Positions 42,828 to 53,529 of a stretch of DNA of 64,000 nucleotides are shown here, one piece after another. The stretch is from Sedimentisphaerales bacterium (GTDB taxonomy: Bacteria; Planctomycetota; Phycisphaerae; Sedimentisphaerales; SM23-30): assembly GCA_963666285.1 (NCBI GenBank), contig OY762711.1. One strand, given 5' to 3'. The notes under the pieces were generated by a model, which searched no databases, was not told the DNA's origin, and saw only the letters and a program-made list of their open reading frames with translations. Position 1 is the stretch's first letter; the number at the start of each line of letters is the position of its first letter. Position numbers and translations under genes: made by a program.

Positions 42828-43871
42828 ATGAATTTAACATTAAGCAAAACAATTAAAGTTCTTATTGTCGATGATTCGGCAGTAGTAAGAAAAGTACTTA
42901 CACAGAATTTAGGTAAAGACAGCAATATAGAGGTTGTGGGGACAGCCCCAGACCCCTATGTGGCACGCGAACGTATTCTGGAGCTAAAACCTGATGTGTT
43001 GGTTCTGGATGTAGAAATGCCCAGAATGGACGGGATTACATTTCTGGATAAACTTATGCGTGCCAGGCCGATGCCGGTTATCATTTTTAGTTCGTTGACA
43101 CCAAAAGGCAGTCAGATGGCATTGGAAGCGATGCAGAGCGGTGCAGTGGATGTTGTCTGTAAAGCTGGTGAGGCATATAAAGTTGGTGATGCGATTGAAG
43201 ACTTGATACAGAAAATCAAAGCTGCATCAAGAGCCAATATTGACCATCTGATTAATAATATTAAGAACAAACCTAAGAAATCTCAAAGACTCAGCTTGGC
43301 AGTTACAACTCATAAGATTCTGGCTATTGGTGCTTCGACAGGTGGAGTTCAGGCACTTTCTACTGTAATTAAAATGATGCCGCCTAATTCACCGGGTACA
43401 GTAATTGTTCAGCACATGCCTCCGAATTTCACTAAATCTTTTGCTTCCAGGCTTAATGATGAATGTGATGTTTCGGTAAAAGAAGCTCAGGATGGTGATC
43501 ATGTATTGCCTGGTCAGGTATTAATAGCGCCTGGGGGGTATCATATGGTCTTATCTCGTTCAGGTGCCAGTTATTATGTGAAAATCAAAGATGGGCCAAG
43601 AATCAAGCATCAGAAACCAAGTGTTGATGTCTTATTTGACTCTGTTTCTCAGTATGCCGGTGCCAATGCCGTTGGCGTTATTCTTACTGGTATGGGAGAT
43701 GATGGAGCAGAAGGTATGTTAAAAATGAAACAGGCTGGTGCAAAAACTGTTGCACAGGATGAAGAAAGTTGCGTAGTTTACGGCATGCCTGCAGCGGCTG
43801 TAAAGATCGGGGCTGCAGATCACCAGGTTTCGTTGTCTAAAGTTGCAGAAACTGTTCTAAAATTATTATAG
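42828..43871 (+). CDS. cheB: Chemotaxis methylesterase
   Basis: REC domain plus IGASTGG, VQHMP, PSVDVLF, LTGMGDDGA. Confidence 0.95.
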   Translation: MNLTLSKTIKVLIVDDSAVVRKVLTQNLGKDSNIEVVGTAPDPYVARERILELKPDVLVLDVEMPRMDGITFLDKLMRARPMPVIIFSSLTPKGSQMALEAMQSGAVDVVCKAGEAYKVGDAIEDLIQKIKAASRANIDHLINNIKNKPKKSQRLSLAVTTHKILAIGASTGGVQALSTVIKMMPPNSPGTVIVQHMPPNFTKSFASRLNDECDVSVKEAQDGDHVLPGQVLIAPGGYHMVLSRSGASYYVKIKDGPRIKHQKPSVDVLFDSVSQYAGANAVGVILTGMGDDGAEGMLKMKQAGAKTVAQDEESCVVYGMPAAAVKIGAADHQVSLSKVAETVLKLL

Positions 43872-43901
43872 TTATATTATTCGCAGGAGTACTAGAGTCA
43901 A

Positions 43902-44825
43902 ATGGTTCATAATATTCTACTCGAAGCCGGCACGAATGAGATGGAGATGCTGACATTTAGTCTTGGCAATATCCCATTTGGTGTTAATGTGGCTAAGGTC
44001 AGAGAGATAATACAGCAGCCAAAGTTGATTTCAATTCCGCATGCTCCGTATGTTGTCGAAGGCAGTTTTAAGCTTCGCGACAGGGTTATTACACTCATAA
44101 ATCTCGGTAAATATTTTGGTGTAGAAACCGAAAAGTGTGATAAAGGCAACGGGTTGATTATTATTGTCGAGTTTAATAGTGTTTATTGCGGTATTCTTGT
44201 GGATTCAGTTGAGGTGATTACTCGAATGAGCTGGAAGGCTATTCAGCCGCCTTCAACTTACCTTTCAAAGGTAGATGCTCCGATTACAGGCACTGTAGAG
44301 CTTCAAGACAAAACAGTTTTAGTAATAGATTTCGAAACTGTTGTTGGCGAAATACTGGGAACTCCTTCTCCGGAACTACCTGCCGAAGAAACAGTTCGAG
44401 ATATTACCAATTATGCTGACGCCAGGATAGTTTTTGCCGATGATGCTACTATCGTTCGAGAAAGCATGAAAGAATTTATGGCTACCTGTGGTTATCATGA
44501 TATGACCGTCTTTAGTGATGGTCAGCAGGCCTGGGATTATATCTATAAGAATCGAAATGTCGAAAATGGACCTTGTGACCTGGTTGTGTCTGATATTGAA
44601 ATGCCGTGTATGGATGGCCTGCATCTGGCACGCAAGATAAAAGAGGACCCTCAATTAAAAAATATTCCAGTTGTTTTGCTTTCTTCTTTGATAACACCCG
44701 ATAATCTTAAGAAAGGTCAGCAGGTTGGTGTAGATGCACAGATTAAAAAGTCTGAAACTGATAAACTGGTAGAAATACTTGAATCTTGTCTGGCTAGAAA
44801 GATTGGGGAGGCACTAGCAGTGTAA
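43902..44825 (+). CDS. cheV: CheW-REC chemotaxis adaptor
   Basis: GTNEME, FGVNVAKVREI CheW domain; SDIEMPCMDG REC domain. Confidence 0.9.
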   Translation: MVHNILLEAGTNEMEMLTFSLGNIPFGVNVAKVREIIQQPKLISIPHAPYVVEGSFKLRDRVITLINLGKYFGVETEKCDKGNGLIIIVEFNSVYCGILVDSVEVITRMSWKAIQPPSTYLSKVDAPITGTVELQDKTVLVIDFETVVGEILGTPSPELPAEETVRDITNYADARIVFADDATIVRESMKEFMATCGYHDMTVFSDGQQAWDYIYKNRNVENGPCDLVVSDIEMPCMDGLHLARKIKEDPQLKNIPVVLLSSLITPDNLKKGQQVGVDAQIKKSETDKLVEILESCLARKIGEALAV

Positions 44826-44867
44826 GTGTCTATATTTCTTATAGATATAAATATATTTAAATTGTTT

Positions 44868-44912
44868 AAGCAGGAGTTTTCTGAAAAAAAGGAAATTCCT
44901 GCTTTTTTTTTC
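44868..44912 (+). terminator. Intrinsic terminator after cheV
   Basis: aagcaggagtttt...gaaattcctgctt followed by a long T-tract. Confidence 0.8.
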
Positions 44913-44941
44913 TTGAAATTAAAACGAGCGTTTAATATAAA
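44913..44941 (+). promoter_or_regulatory. Promoter with palindromic TetR-type operator in the spacer
   Basis: TTGAAA-[ttaaaacgagcgtttaa]-TATAAA; 17-nt spacer containing aaacg-ag-cgttt. Confidence 0.6.
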
Positions 44942-44987
44942 TGTTTTATATGTTTATATTAAATGGATGTATAAATTGGAGTAAGAA

Positions 44988-45635
44988 TTGAATTTACCAA
45001 ACGAAACAGCTCAGAATGTGCTTGAATGTGCTTGTAAAGCATTTGCAGAAAAGGGCTATTCTGACACCAGTATTAGCGATATCTGCGGCATGGCAGATGC
45101 TAATCGGGCAGCTGTTAATTATTATTTTCGCAGCAAACAAGGTTTGTATGAGGTTGTGTTTAATCATGCGTGGGAGTGTTTTTGTCAAAAGTATCCGATA
45201 AATCTTGAAGACTGTGGTAGTGCTGAGGATAAATTATATAAATTTATCAATTCCGTTATTTATGGCATTTTTGATCCGGAACAGGCTGGCTGGTTTATGC
45301 AGCTTATGTTTCATGAGGCAGTTAATCCTTCTGTTGCCATTCATCACATTCTTGTCAGTCATATTAAAACTGTTCGCAATAAGTTGGATTCTATTATCGT
45401 TGAGTTAACAGGGGAAGATAATATGGAAATAATTTATTTGCTGAATATGAGCATTATGGGAAATTGTTTGTTTTTTAATATGACTAGAAATATAAGAAAA
45501 TTCAAACTGGAAAATAATATTCCGCCATTTAACAGGCCGGAGTTCAGGACAGTAAATAAATTGAGTGATTTGGTTGATCATACTTATAAATTTTGCTTGA
45601 ATGCATTGCTCTCTTTTAGAAAGCATGGAGAATAA
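44988..45635 (+). CDS. TetR/AcrR family regulator
   Basis: FAEKGY...ANRAAVNYYFRSKQGLY HTH; first gene of the efflux operon. Confidence 0.9.
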   Translation: MNLPNETAQNVLECACKAFAEKGYSDTSISDICGMADANRAAVNYYFRSKQGLYEVVFNHAWECFCQKYPINLEDCGSAEDKLYKFINSVIYGIFDPEQAGWFMQLMFHEAVNPSVAIHHILVSHIKTVRNKLDSIIVELTGEDNMEIIYLLNMSIMGNCLFFNMTRNIRKFKLENNIPPFNRPEFRTVNKLSDLVDHTYKFCLNALLSFRKHGE

Positions 45636-45636
45636 T

Positions 45637-47055
45637 ATGAAGCTTATGCACTATATATTATTTGCGATTCTGACCTTGTTTGCAGGTTGTATGCCATATG
45701 TTCCGCCGGAAGAACCAGTTGATTTAGAGTTGCCTGATGCGTATTCTAATTCAGTTTCGACTGTTGGGGTAGATTTGCCTGATAAATGGTGGCAGGCTTT
45801 CGGCAGTGATGAGCTGAACAGCCTGGTTGAAGAAGCATTATCAAATAATCTTACTGTCGAGCAGGCCTGGCATAGACTAAGGCAGGCCGAAATGGCTGAA
45901 ATAAAGGCTCGAGCTGTTAAACAGCCTACAGTTAATGCTGTCGCTGGTGGAGAAATCTCCAGGACACACCTGGAAACCGCAGCTGGTAGTTTGGAATCAA
46001 AGGATGAAAGCTGGTCGCTTGGCCTTTCTGCAAGTTACGAGATTGATTTTTGGGGCAGAATTGAATCACAGGTTAAAGCTTCACAATTGCAGGTTGTTAA
46101 TTCCAGGGAGGCTGTCAATATTGCCGCTACTTCTGTTGCCGGTGAAGTTGTTAATGCCTGGTTGCAGATACTTTCCCTGCGTCAGCAAAAAGATTTATTG
46201 GAAATGCAGCTTAAAGCAAATGAAGACATTCTTAAGTTGATTAAACTTCGATTTAATATGTCAATTGTAACAGCTCTGGATGTATTTCAGCAGCAGCAGG
46301 CAGTTGAGAATACCAGGGCTTCGATTCCACTCATAGAATCCGATGAAAAGGTTCAGATGAATAAATTAGCGGTACTGCTTGGCAAAATGCCTGGTAGTTA
46401 TATTGAAATCAAACAGACACATTTGCCCCGGATGCCGCTTTTACCCCAATATGGACTTCCGTCTGACTTGCTTACCATGAGACCCGACATTCAATCAGCA
46501 ATGCAGAATGTAGAAATTGCACAGTGGAATCTTGCAACTGCTGAGGCTGATAAGCTGCCGGCATTCAGTATTTCCGCGTCAGCCAGGTATGCCGACGACA
46601 ATCTGGAAGATCTTTTTGATAACTGGGCAATGAATCTGGCAGCAAATATTACCGTTCCATTGATCGATGGTGATAGACTTCAGGCCGAAGTCGATAGAAA
46701 TAAAGCAGTTATTGCTGAGAACATAGCTGTGTATAAAGAAACTATTTTAGGTGCTGTTTCCGAGGTGGAAAACGCTCTTATTCAGGAAAAATATATGCAG
46801 GATAACATAGATACCAGCAATTCAAGACTGGATTATGCCAGGAAAGCATTTAACCAGGCTAAAGATCAGTATATAAATGGTATTTCAGATTATTTAAATA
46901 CGCTTACTGCTTTACTATCTGTCCAGTCACTTGAAATTGATCTTGTTGCCAAACAGACACAGCTGCTTGCCTATCGTATCGCTTTATATCGCTCGCTCGG
47001 AGGCAGTTGGTATGACAATTTGGAACGCCCCGTTTTAGCTGAAAATAATAAATAA
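45637..47055 (+). CDS. Efflux outer-membrane lipoprotein (TolC/NodT family)
   Basis: Lipobox FAG-C, WWQAFGS, SYEIDFWGR, RPDI, LYRSLGG; start moved to ATG 45637 (GGAG RBS). Confidence 0.9.
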   Translation: MKLMHYILFAILTLFAGCMPYVPPEEPVDLELPDAYSNSVSTVGVDLPDKWWQAFGSDELNSLVEEALSNNLTVEQAWHRLRQAEMAEIKARAVKQPTVNAVAGGEISRTHLETAAGSLESKDESWSLGLSASYEIDFWGRIESQVKASQLQVVNSREAVNIAATSVAGEVVNAWLQILSLRQQKDLLEMQLKANEDILKLIKLRFNMSIVTALDVFQQQQAVENTRASIPLIESDEKVQMNKLAVLLGKMPGSYIEIKQTHLPRMPLLPQYGLPSDLLTMRPDIQSAMQNVEIAQWNLATAEADKLPAFSISASARYADDNLEDLFDNWAMNLAANITVPLIDGDRLQAEVDRNKAVIAENIAVYKETILGAVSEVENALIQEKYMQDNIDTSNSRLDYARKAFNQAKDQYINGISDYLNTLTALLSVQSLEIDLVAKQTQLLAYRIALYRSLGGSWYDNLERPVLAENNK

Positions 47056-47074
47056 CCAATATGAGGCTCAATTC

Positions 47075-48448
47075 ATGAAATCAGCAAAAGTATTTATTAA
47101 AGTTTTAATAGTTGCCGTTTTAGTTATTAGTGTTGCTTTGATAATCTATTTGATGGTTTTAAATAAACCTGAGATAAAGAAAAGACCGCAACAGAAGCTT
47201 ACTTATCTAGTATCTGCTCAGGCAATCAAACCTGCCAGTGAAGCGGTGGTTGTCAGTGGTATGGGAACTGTTATTCCGGTCAGACAGGTATCCCTAAAGT
47301 CAAGAGTTTCAGGTCTTGTTAGTAATGTGGCTGATGAGTTTCTGCCTGGTGGTTTTTTTCAGAAGCAGCAGGAATTGCTGAAAGTCGATCCGGACGATTA
47401 TACACTGCTGGTTAGTCAGGCACAGGCTCAGTATGATAATGCTGTTGCAGCTTCACAGTTAGAGCAGGGCCACCAGGAAGTGGCCAGACGCGAATGGGAT
47501 ATGCTCAGCAAAGATTTTCAGGCTTCCGATCTTGAGAAAAAACTGGCGTTAAGAAATCCCCAGCTTAAACAGGTTCAGGCTAGTGTTGATATTGCCAAAA
47601 CAGCTTTAGAGCAGGCACGTCTAAATCTCAATCGAACGTCAGTTACTGTACCTTTCAACTGTGTTGTTTTGGAGAAATATGCCGAACTGGGAGCTAATAT
47701 CACAACTCAGGAAACAGTGGCAGATCTGGCATTTACGGATGAATTCTGGGTTTCTCTTTCTGTTCCTTTGGATCAGCTGAAATGGTTTGATATTCCTGGC
47801 CAGGTTGGTGGTAAAGGATCAGAGGTTATTGTTAAGTATCGTGAAACTTATTCTGTCAAAGGATATGTTACAGGTTTGCTTAGCAGCCTGGAAGACCAGG
47901 GGCTGATGGCAAAGGTTTTGGTCTCAATTAAGGATCCTTTGAATCTGGAGAAAAAAGACGATCGTGAACCTTTGCTGCTTGGCGACTATGTGAAAGTTGA
48001 TATTATTGGCAAAAGACTTGATAATATAACCAGATTCGATCGTTCTGCATTGCGTAACGGTTCGAGTATCTGGGTTGCGGTACCAGTTGATAATGGTGAT
48101 ATAAACGGTTATACACTCGATATCAGGCCGGTTAATGTTATGTGGCGTGATGAGGATTTAGTTATTATTCAAGACACTTTGAACGAAGGTGAAATGCTGG
48201 TAACTTCTGGTATTGCTGCACCCGTACAGAATATGTACCTTAGAGTTGATGGCTATGATTTTACGTTCAAGAATCAGCTTACTCCGCTTGAAAATGCTGA
48301 GTTAAATGTTGAAAAAACTCTATTGTCCATGGAAGCTGCAGAAAAGGCAGTCGAAGCGGCAGAGAAGGCTCATGATGACGCATTGAAAGATCTGGAAACT
48401 CTTAAACAACAAAGTAAGCAGGAAAAACAGCAGCTTGAAAATAAGTAG
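47075..48448 (+). CDS. RND efflux periplasmic adaptor subunit
   Basis: N-terminal TM, SRVSG lipoyl half-motif, alpha-hairpin, C-terminal coiled-coil extension. Confidence 0.88.
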   Translation: MKSAKVFIKVLIVAVLVISVALIIYLMVLNKPEIKKRPQQKLTYLVSAQAIKPASEAVVVSGMGTVIPVRQVSLKSRVSGLVSNVADEFLPGGFFQKQQELLKVDPDDYTLLVSQAQAQYDNAVAASQLEQGHQEVARREWDMLSKDFQASDLEKKLALRNPQLKQVQASVDIAKTALEQARLNLNRTSVTVPFNCVVLEKYAELGANITTQETVADLAFTDEFWVSLSVPLDQLKWFDIPGQVGGKGSEVIVKYRETYSVKGYVTGLLSSLEDQGLMAKVLVSIKDPLNLEKKDDREPLLLGDYVKVDIIGKRLDNITRFDRSALRNGSSIWVAVPVDNGDINGYTLDIRPVNVMWRDEDLVIIQDTLNEGEMLVTSGIAAPVQNMYLRVDGYDFTFKNQLTPLENAELNVEKTLLSMEAAEKAVEAAEKAHDDALKDLETLKQQSKQEKQQLENK

Positions 48449-48528
48449 TACAGTAGATATTGTAATTTTAATAGTTTGCTTTTAGATTCGGTGTTGGCGT
48501 TCTAATACAAATATAAGGATTTATAATT

Positions 48529-51500
48529 ATGGGTAAAACCATTCTTGATGACAGCTTGAAGAAAGGCCCCATCTCATGGATGGCTCGAAATTCAGTTGCG
48601 GCAAATTTAATCATGTTTGTCTGTATTCTGGGTGGAATATTCATGGCATTGAATATTAAAAAGGAAGTTTTTCCGGAATTTTCTACCGATATGGTTAGTG
48701 TCTCCGTTCCGTACCCCGGAGCTAGTCCCGAAGAAGTTGAAAAATCTATTGTACAGGTAATCGAGGAAAATGTTCGCGGACTCGACGGTGTCAAGGAAGT
48801 CACTTCAACTGCCAGTGAGGGTGTTGGTTCGGTCATGATTGAAATGCTGGTTGGATATGACTTGCAAAAGCTTTCCCAGGATGTCAAAACTGAGATTGAC
48901 CGTATTGTAACCTTCCCCGAAGATGCAGAAGAACCGCAGGTTACTCAGACATCCAGGAAAAGGCAGGTTATCTCGCTTATTATCGCAGGTGACATTGAAG
49001 AAGCGGCTTTGAGAGAAGTTGCCGAACAGGTCCGTGACCGAATGCTTATCGATGATGATATAACACAGGTAGAAGTTTCTGGTAACCGTGAATATGAAAT
49101 AAGTATCGAAGTCCCTCAGGACAATCTTAGAAGATACAATCTTACTCTCCAGCAGGTAGCTTCCAAAGTTAGCCAGACCTCATTGGAAGTGCCGGGAGGT
49201 TCGCTCAAGACTGTTGGCGGTGAAATCCTTGTACGCATGAAGGAACGCCGCGATTGGGGTGTTGATTTTGAAAATATACCGATTCTCAGTCTTCCGGACG
49301 GTTCTGAACTATTGCTCAAAGATATTGCATCTGTAAGAGATGATTTTGAAGATATTGATAAGTTTACTACATACAATGGTAAACGGGCTTTAATGCTCGA
49401 TATTTACAGGATCGGTAAAGAGACTCCTACCCAGGTTGCCGGGGCAGCTAAAAAAATCATGGAGGAAATGAAAGAAACTCTTCCCGATGGTATTGAGATG
49501 GCTGTCTGGAGAGATATGTCTCTTATTTATGAACAGCGTATGGACCTTCTCTTGCGAAATGGAGCTGTGGGTCTGGTTTTAGTTTTGTTTCTCCTGTCAT
49601 TTTTCCTGGAAATAAAACTGGCATTCTGGGTTATGCTTGGAATACCGATTTCATTTTTAGGTTCTATGATGGTTCTTCCGGCATGCGATGTTTCAATAAG
49701 TATGATTTCCATGTTCGGTTTCCTAATTGCTCTTGGTATCGTTGTTGATGATGCTATCGTTGTTGGTGAAAATGTTTATCATTATCACCAGGAAGGCATG
49801 CCTTTTATGAAGGCTGCTATTCTTGGTGCCAGGGAAGTGGCAATTCCTGTTACCTTTAGTGTGCTTACTAATATTATGGCGTTTCTGCCTATGTTATTTG
49901 TACCTGGTTTTATGGGGAAGATTTTCCGTGTTTTCCCGTTTATAATTGCTGCAATTTTCTTCCTTTCACTCGTTGAGAGCCTTTTTGTGCTTCCGGCCCA
50001 CCTTGGCCATCAAAGTGACAAGAAAAAAACAAATTTCTTTGCCAGGTCACAACGAGCTTTCAGTGACGGTTTTGTGAACTTTATTAGAAAATATTATAGC
50101 CCGTTTCTTGATATGGTTCTCAGGAACAGGTATATTACTATCTTAATTGGTATTGCTATTCTTGGTGTTACTTACGCCTATATCCATCTTGGCTATATCA
50201 GCTTCATACAGATGCCGCGTATTGAGTCTGATTATTCTGTTGCAACTATTGTTATGCCCTATGGCTGTGATGTCTCTGAAACTATCGCGGTTAAAGAATT
50301 TCTGGAAAAGAAAGCTCATGAGGTTATTGAAGCCAATGGCGGAGATAAACTGGTGGAAGGTGTGATCGCTATGGTTAATACTTCTGCTAGCTCTGGTGGA
50401 CCCGGCGGCGGCACAGGTACCAGTGGTAGTCATATTGCCAAGGTATATCTTACTCTCACTGAACCGGAAATCAGACCTATCAGTACTACTCAGCTTACTG
50501 ATCGATGGAGAGCGGCTGTTGGTGATGTACCTGGTACTGAGTATGTTCGTTTTGAGGCTGATTCTGGTGGTCCGGGATCGGGTGCGGCTCTTAGTGTAGA
50601 GCTGAGTCACAAGAGTATGGCTGTGCTGGAAGATGCCAGTGCCGAACTTGCGGACCAGTTGCGTGAAATAGCTTCGGTCTATGATGTGGATGATGGTTTT
50701 ACCCCTGGTAAAGAGCAGCTTGATTTTAAGATCAAACCTCAAGGGGAAGTGCTTGGGTTTACGGTTTCTGATATTGCTCGTCAGCTTAGAAATGCTTATT
50801 ATGGTGCTGAAGCTATTCGTCAGCAGCGTGGTCGTAATGAACTGAAGATAATGGTAAGATTACCGGAATCTGAAAGAGACACGATGTACAGCCTTGAAAA
50901 TATGATGGTTCGTTCACCGCAGACCGGCGTTGAGGTCCCGCTTAGAGAGGTTGCCTCTGTTGAACGTGGCAGGGCGTATACGTCTATTAGTCGCAGGAAT
51001 GGCAGGAGGGTAATTACTGTTACCTCGAACAATCCACCTGAGAATACTACTATTGTTCTGCATAAAGTCAGTAATGATGTAATACCGCCTTTGCTGGCCA
51101 AATACAACGGACTGCAGGCCGGTTTTGAGGGTAAGCAGGCTGATATGAGAGAGTCCAATGAAGCACTTATGGCTGGTTTTGTTGTTGCTCTGTTAGGCAT
51201 ATATGCTATGCTTGCGATTCCTTTTAGGAGCTATGTTCAGCCGCTTATTATTATGACCAGTATTCCGTTCGGTATGGTTGGTGCTGTAGTTGGCCATGTC
51301 ATGATGGGTTACAATCTTAGTATGATTAGTATCTTTGGTATTGTTGCTCTTGCTGGTGTGGTTGTGAACGACGTGCTGGTGTTGGTTGATTTTGCCAATG
51401 CCAGGAAAGCCGAAGGATGCAGCAGTCATGATGCGATCCTGGCAGCTGGTGTCCAGCGTTTCAGGCCGATTATGCTTACTACTCTAACTACTTTTGGAGG

Positions 51501-51687
51501 GTTGGCACCGATGATCTTTGAGACATCCCGTCAAGCCCGGTTCCTTATCCCGATGGCTCTTTCGCTTGGATATGGTATTATATTTGCAACTGCTATTACT
51601 CTTGTCCTGGCGCCTTCGCTCTATATGATGGTAGAAGATGTTCAGCATTTTTCGCAAAAAGTCAAAAAATTATGGCAAAGTATATAA
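48529..51687 (+). CDS. RND efflux permease
   Basis: PGASPEEVE, GIVVDDAIVVGEN, GVVVND, RFRPIMLTTLTT. Confidence 0.95.
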   Translation: MGKTILDDSLKKGPISWMARNSVAANLIMFVCILGGIFMALNIKKEVFPEFSTDMVSVSVPYPGASPEEVEKSIVQVIEENVRGLDGVKEVTSTASEGVGSVMIEMLVGYDLQKLSQDVKTEIDRIVTFPEDAEEPQVTQTSRKRQVISLIIAGDIEEAALREVAEQVRDRMLIDDDITQVEVSGNREYEISIEVPQDNLRRYNLTLQQVASKVSQTSLEVPGGSLKTVGGEILVRMKERRDWGVDFENIPILSLPDGSELLLKDIASVRDDFEDIDKFTTYNGKRALMLDIYRIGKETPTQVAGAAKKIMEEMKETLPDGIEMAVWRDMSLIYEQRMDLLLRNGAVGLVLVLFLLSFFLEIKLAFWVMLGIPISFLGSMMVLPACDVSISMISMFGFLIALGIVVDDAIVVGENVYHYHQEGMPFMKAAILGAREVAIPVTFSVLTNIMAFLPMLFVPGFMGKIFRVFPFIIAAIFFLSLVESLFVLPAHLGHQSDKKKTNFFARSQRAFSDGFVNFIRKYYSPFLDMVLRNRYITILIGIAILGVTYAYIHLGYISFIQMPRIESDYSVATIVMPYGCDVSETIAVKEFLEKKAHEVIEANGGDKLVEGVIAMVNTSASSGGPGGGTGTSGSHIAKVYLTLTEPEIRPISTTQLTDRWRAAVGDVPGTEYVRFEADSGGPGSGAALSVELSHKSMAVLEDASAELADQLREIASVYDVDDGFTPGKEQLDFKIKPQGEVLGFTVSDIARQLRNAYYGAEAIRQQRGRNELKIMVRLPESERDTMYSLENMMVRSPQTGVEVPLREVASVERGRAYTSISRRNGRRVITVTSNNPPENTTIVLHKVSNDVIPPLLAKYNGLQAGFEGKQADMRESNEALMAGFVVALLGIYAMLAIPFRSYVQPLIIMTSIPFGMVGAVVGHVMMGYNLSMISIFGIVALAGVVVNDVLVLVDFANARKAEGCSSHDAILAAGVQRFRPIMLTTLTTFGGLAPMIFETSRQARFLIPMALSLGYGIIFATAITLVLAPSLYMMVEDVQHFSQKVKKLWQSI

Positions 51688-51914
51688 CTGTTAGTTTTCA
51701 CACTCTTTGAGATGCAATTACCTGAAAGAATCAACAATAAAGTGATATTAATATGTTGAGCAATCAAAAGTGTATTATGAAGAAGATATTGAAAAAATAA
51801 TTGTATTCAGGCTTATCATGGAGGTCTGAGTATATTCTTGTTTTACTTTGGTTCTTAACTATAATGTTATTGTTTGAGCAGGTTGACATAAACATATAGA
51901 TTAGGAAATATATT

Positions 51915-53291
51915 GTGAAAAATTGTATTGCATTGTTATTGGTTTTGTGTGCTTTTGCTTCTTTTACCTGGGCCAAAGAATATTCTTATGCCGTTGTCGT
52001 TAGCGAATCGACATATTCAGACCCGCAATGGCAGGAAGTAGTTGAGGCTCTAAAGGTCAAACATGACGCTGTTGTTATCCGATATGCTGGTGATATAGCC
52101 GATACCATCAGGGATTTAGCAGTTGTCTTTCCAGCTTATACCTGTTTTGTCTGTACTCCTGAGGAGGCAGGCAGGGATTTTGTCGCTGCCGTTCATGTAC
52201 TCACTCGCAAGCTGGATTCCGATCCATACGGCGATACTATCTGGGGTATTATTACCGGTTACGAAGCGGCAGATGCCTTAAGGATTGCTAAATATGATAC
52301 CCCGCTCATTGTCAGGCGGGCCCTGAACCCGACTGTTGGTGCCCAGCTGGATTGTTACGATGAAGGTATTATGTTCAGCGAACTTAAAGCTAATATCATG
52401 TGGCAGAAACAGCCTGGCGGCGAACAGATTCCGCATTGGTGTCCGACCGATACATCTCGTATTGTTGCCGATGCACTTATGGAATATCAGCCGGATATTT
52501 TCATTACCAGCGGTCATGCCACTGAGCGTAACTGGATGATCGGCTACTCCTATCCAAACGGTTTTTTCCTTTGCGACAATGGTCAGTGGTATGCCCGTGA
52601 TACTAAGAAAAACCGGTTTGATATTAACTCACCAAATCCAAAAGTCTTTATGGGTGTCGGCAACTGTCTCATTGGCCATATTCCCGACCGAAACTGTATG
52701 GCTCTTGCTATGATGCATTCCGGTGGTTTTTATCAATTTATTGGATATACCGTTCCGACCGGTTACGGCTATGGCGGCTGGGGTGTTAAGGATTACTTCT
52801 CAGAGCTCCAGGCAGGGCGGTTTACTCTTGCCCAGGCAAACTATGCCAATAACCAGGCACTTATATTCGAGCTGGAACGCCGCGGGCAGAACACTCCCGG
52901 TCCTGCACAAGGCGGCCTGCGGGGTGATCGCGATGTAGTTGTAATGTACGGCGACCCGGCATGGCAGGCTCAGATGGCCAAACGTACTTTGCCATGGTCC
53001 CAGCAGCTTACCGAAACTGATGGTGTTTATACTTTTACCATTACTGCCAACCAGCGGGGCGACTGGGATAATCGCCCTGTAATGCACCTTTTTGCCCATC
53101 GCCTGAAAGATATCAAACTTTTAGAAGGCTCCGAATTAAGTCCTGTCATAACTGATAATTTCATTCTTGTTCCGCTTAATAAGGGGCTTCTGCCAATGAA
53201 AGGCAACCGGGGTGAAGTTATCCCTATCTCCGGCGATTATAATCAAGGCGATATTTTCAAAATTGTCTTTGTGGCCAAAAAAGAAAAATAG
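51915..53291 (+). CDS. Secreted hypothetical protein, possible clan CD (C25-like) cysteine peptidase
   Basis: GTG start, signal peptide; IFITSGHA and VFMGVGNCLIG; YGDPA near the domain end. Confidence 0.5.
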   Translation: MKNCIALLLVLCAFASFTWAKEYSYAVVVSESTYSDPQWQEVVEALKVKHDAVVIRYAGDIADTIRDLAVVFPAYTCFVCTPEEAGRDFVAAVHVLTRKLDSDPYGDTIWGIITGYEAADALRIAKYDTPLIVRRALNPTVGAQLDCYDEGIMFSELKANIMWQKQPGGEQIPHWCPTDTSRIVADALMEYQPDIFITSGHATERNWMIGYSYPNGFFLCDNGQWYARDTKKNRFDINSPNPKVFMGVGNCLIGHIPDRNCMALAMMHSGGFYQFIGYTVPTGYGYGGWGVKDYFSELQAGRFTLAQANYANNQALIFELERRGQNTPGPAQGGLRGDRDVVVMYGDPAWQAQMAKRTLPWSQQLTETDGVYTFTITANQRGDWDNRPVMHLFAHRLKDIKLLEGSELSPVITDNFILVPLNKGLLPMKGNRGEVIPISGDYNQGDIFKIVFVAKKEK

Positions 53292-53368
53292 TTTTCTGTT
53301 TTTGGTCATTTCAAATACTCTTTGAAGATGATATTACTTCAAGCATATACATATCCTCCTCGTTAAAA

Positions 53369-53529
53369 TTAGAGCACTTTAATATTTTCTGTTCCGATTT
53401 ATGCCTCTGTGAGGACGAGGCTGATGAAGAAGAAAACACAGGAATATTGATATATTACGAGTATTTCTGATGAAGTCAGCCGAAGCCGCAACAGGCAAAA
53501 AGCGAACACGAAAAATTAAATTGCTCTAA
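53369..53529. ncRNA. Candidate structured RNA/DNA: ~160-nt imperfect hairpin
   Basis: Nested stems ttagagca/tgctctaa, tttaat/attaaa, tgttc/gaaca, tgcct/aggca, ggctga/tcagcc, agaaa/tttct, aatat/atatt. Confidence 0.45.

Noticed and set aside
53421..53510. Hammerhead ribozyme suggested by two CTGATGA cores
   Set aside because: No stem II followed by GAAA with a compatible stem III/UH cleavage site could be built
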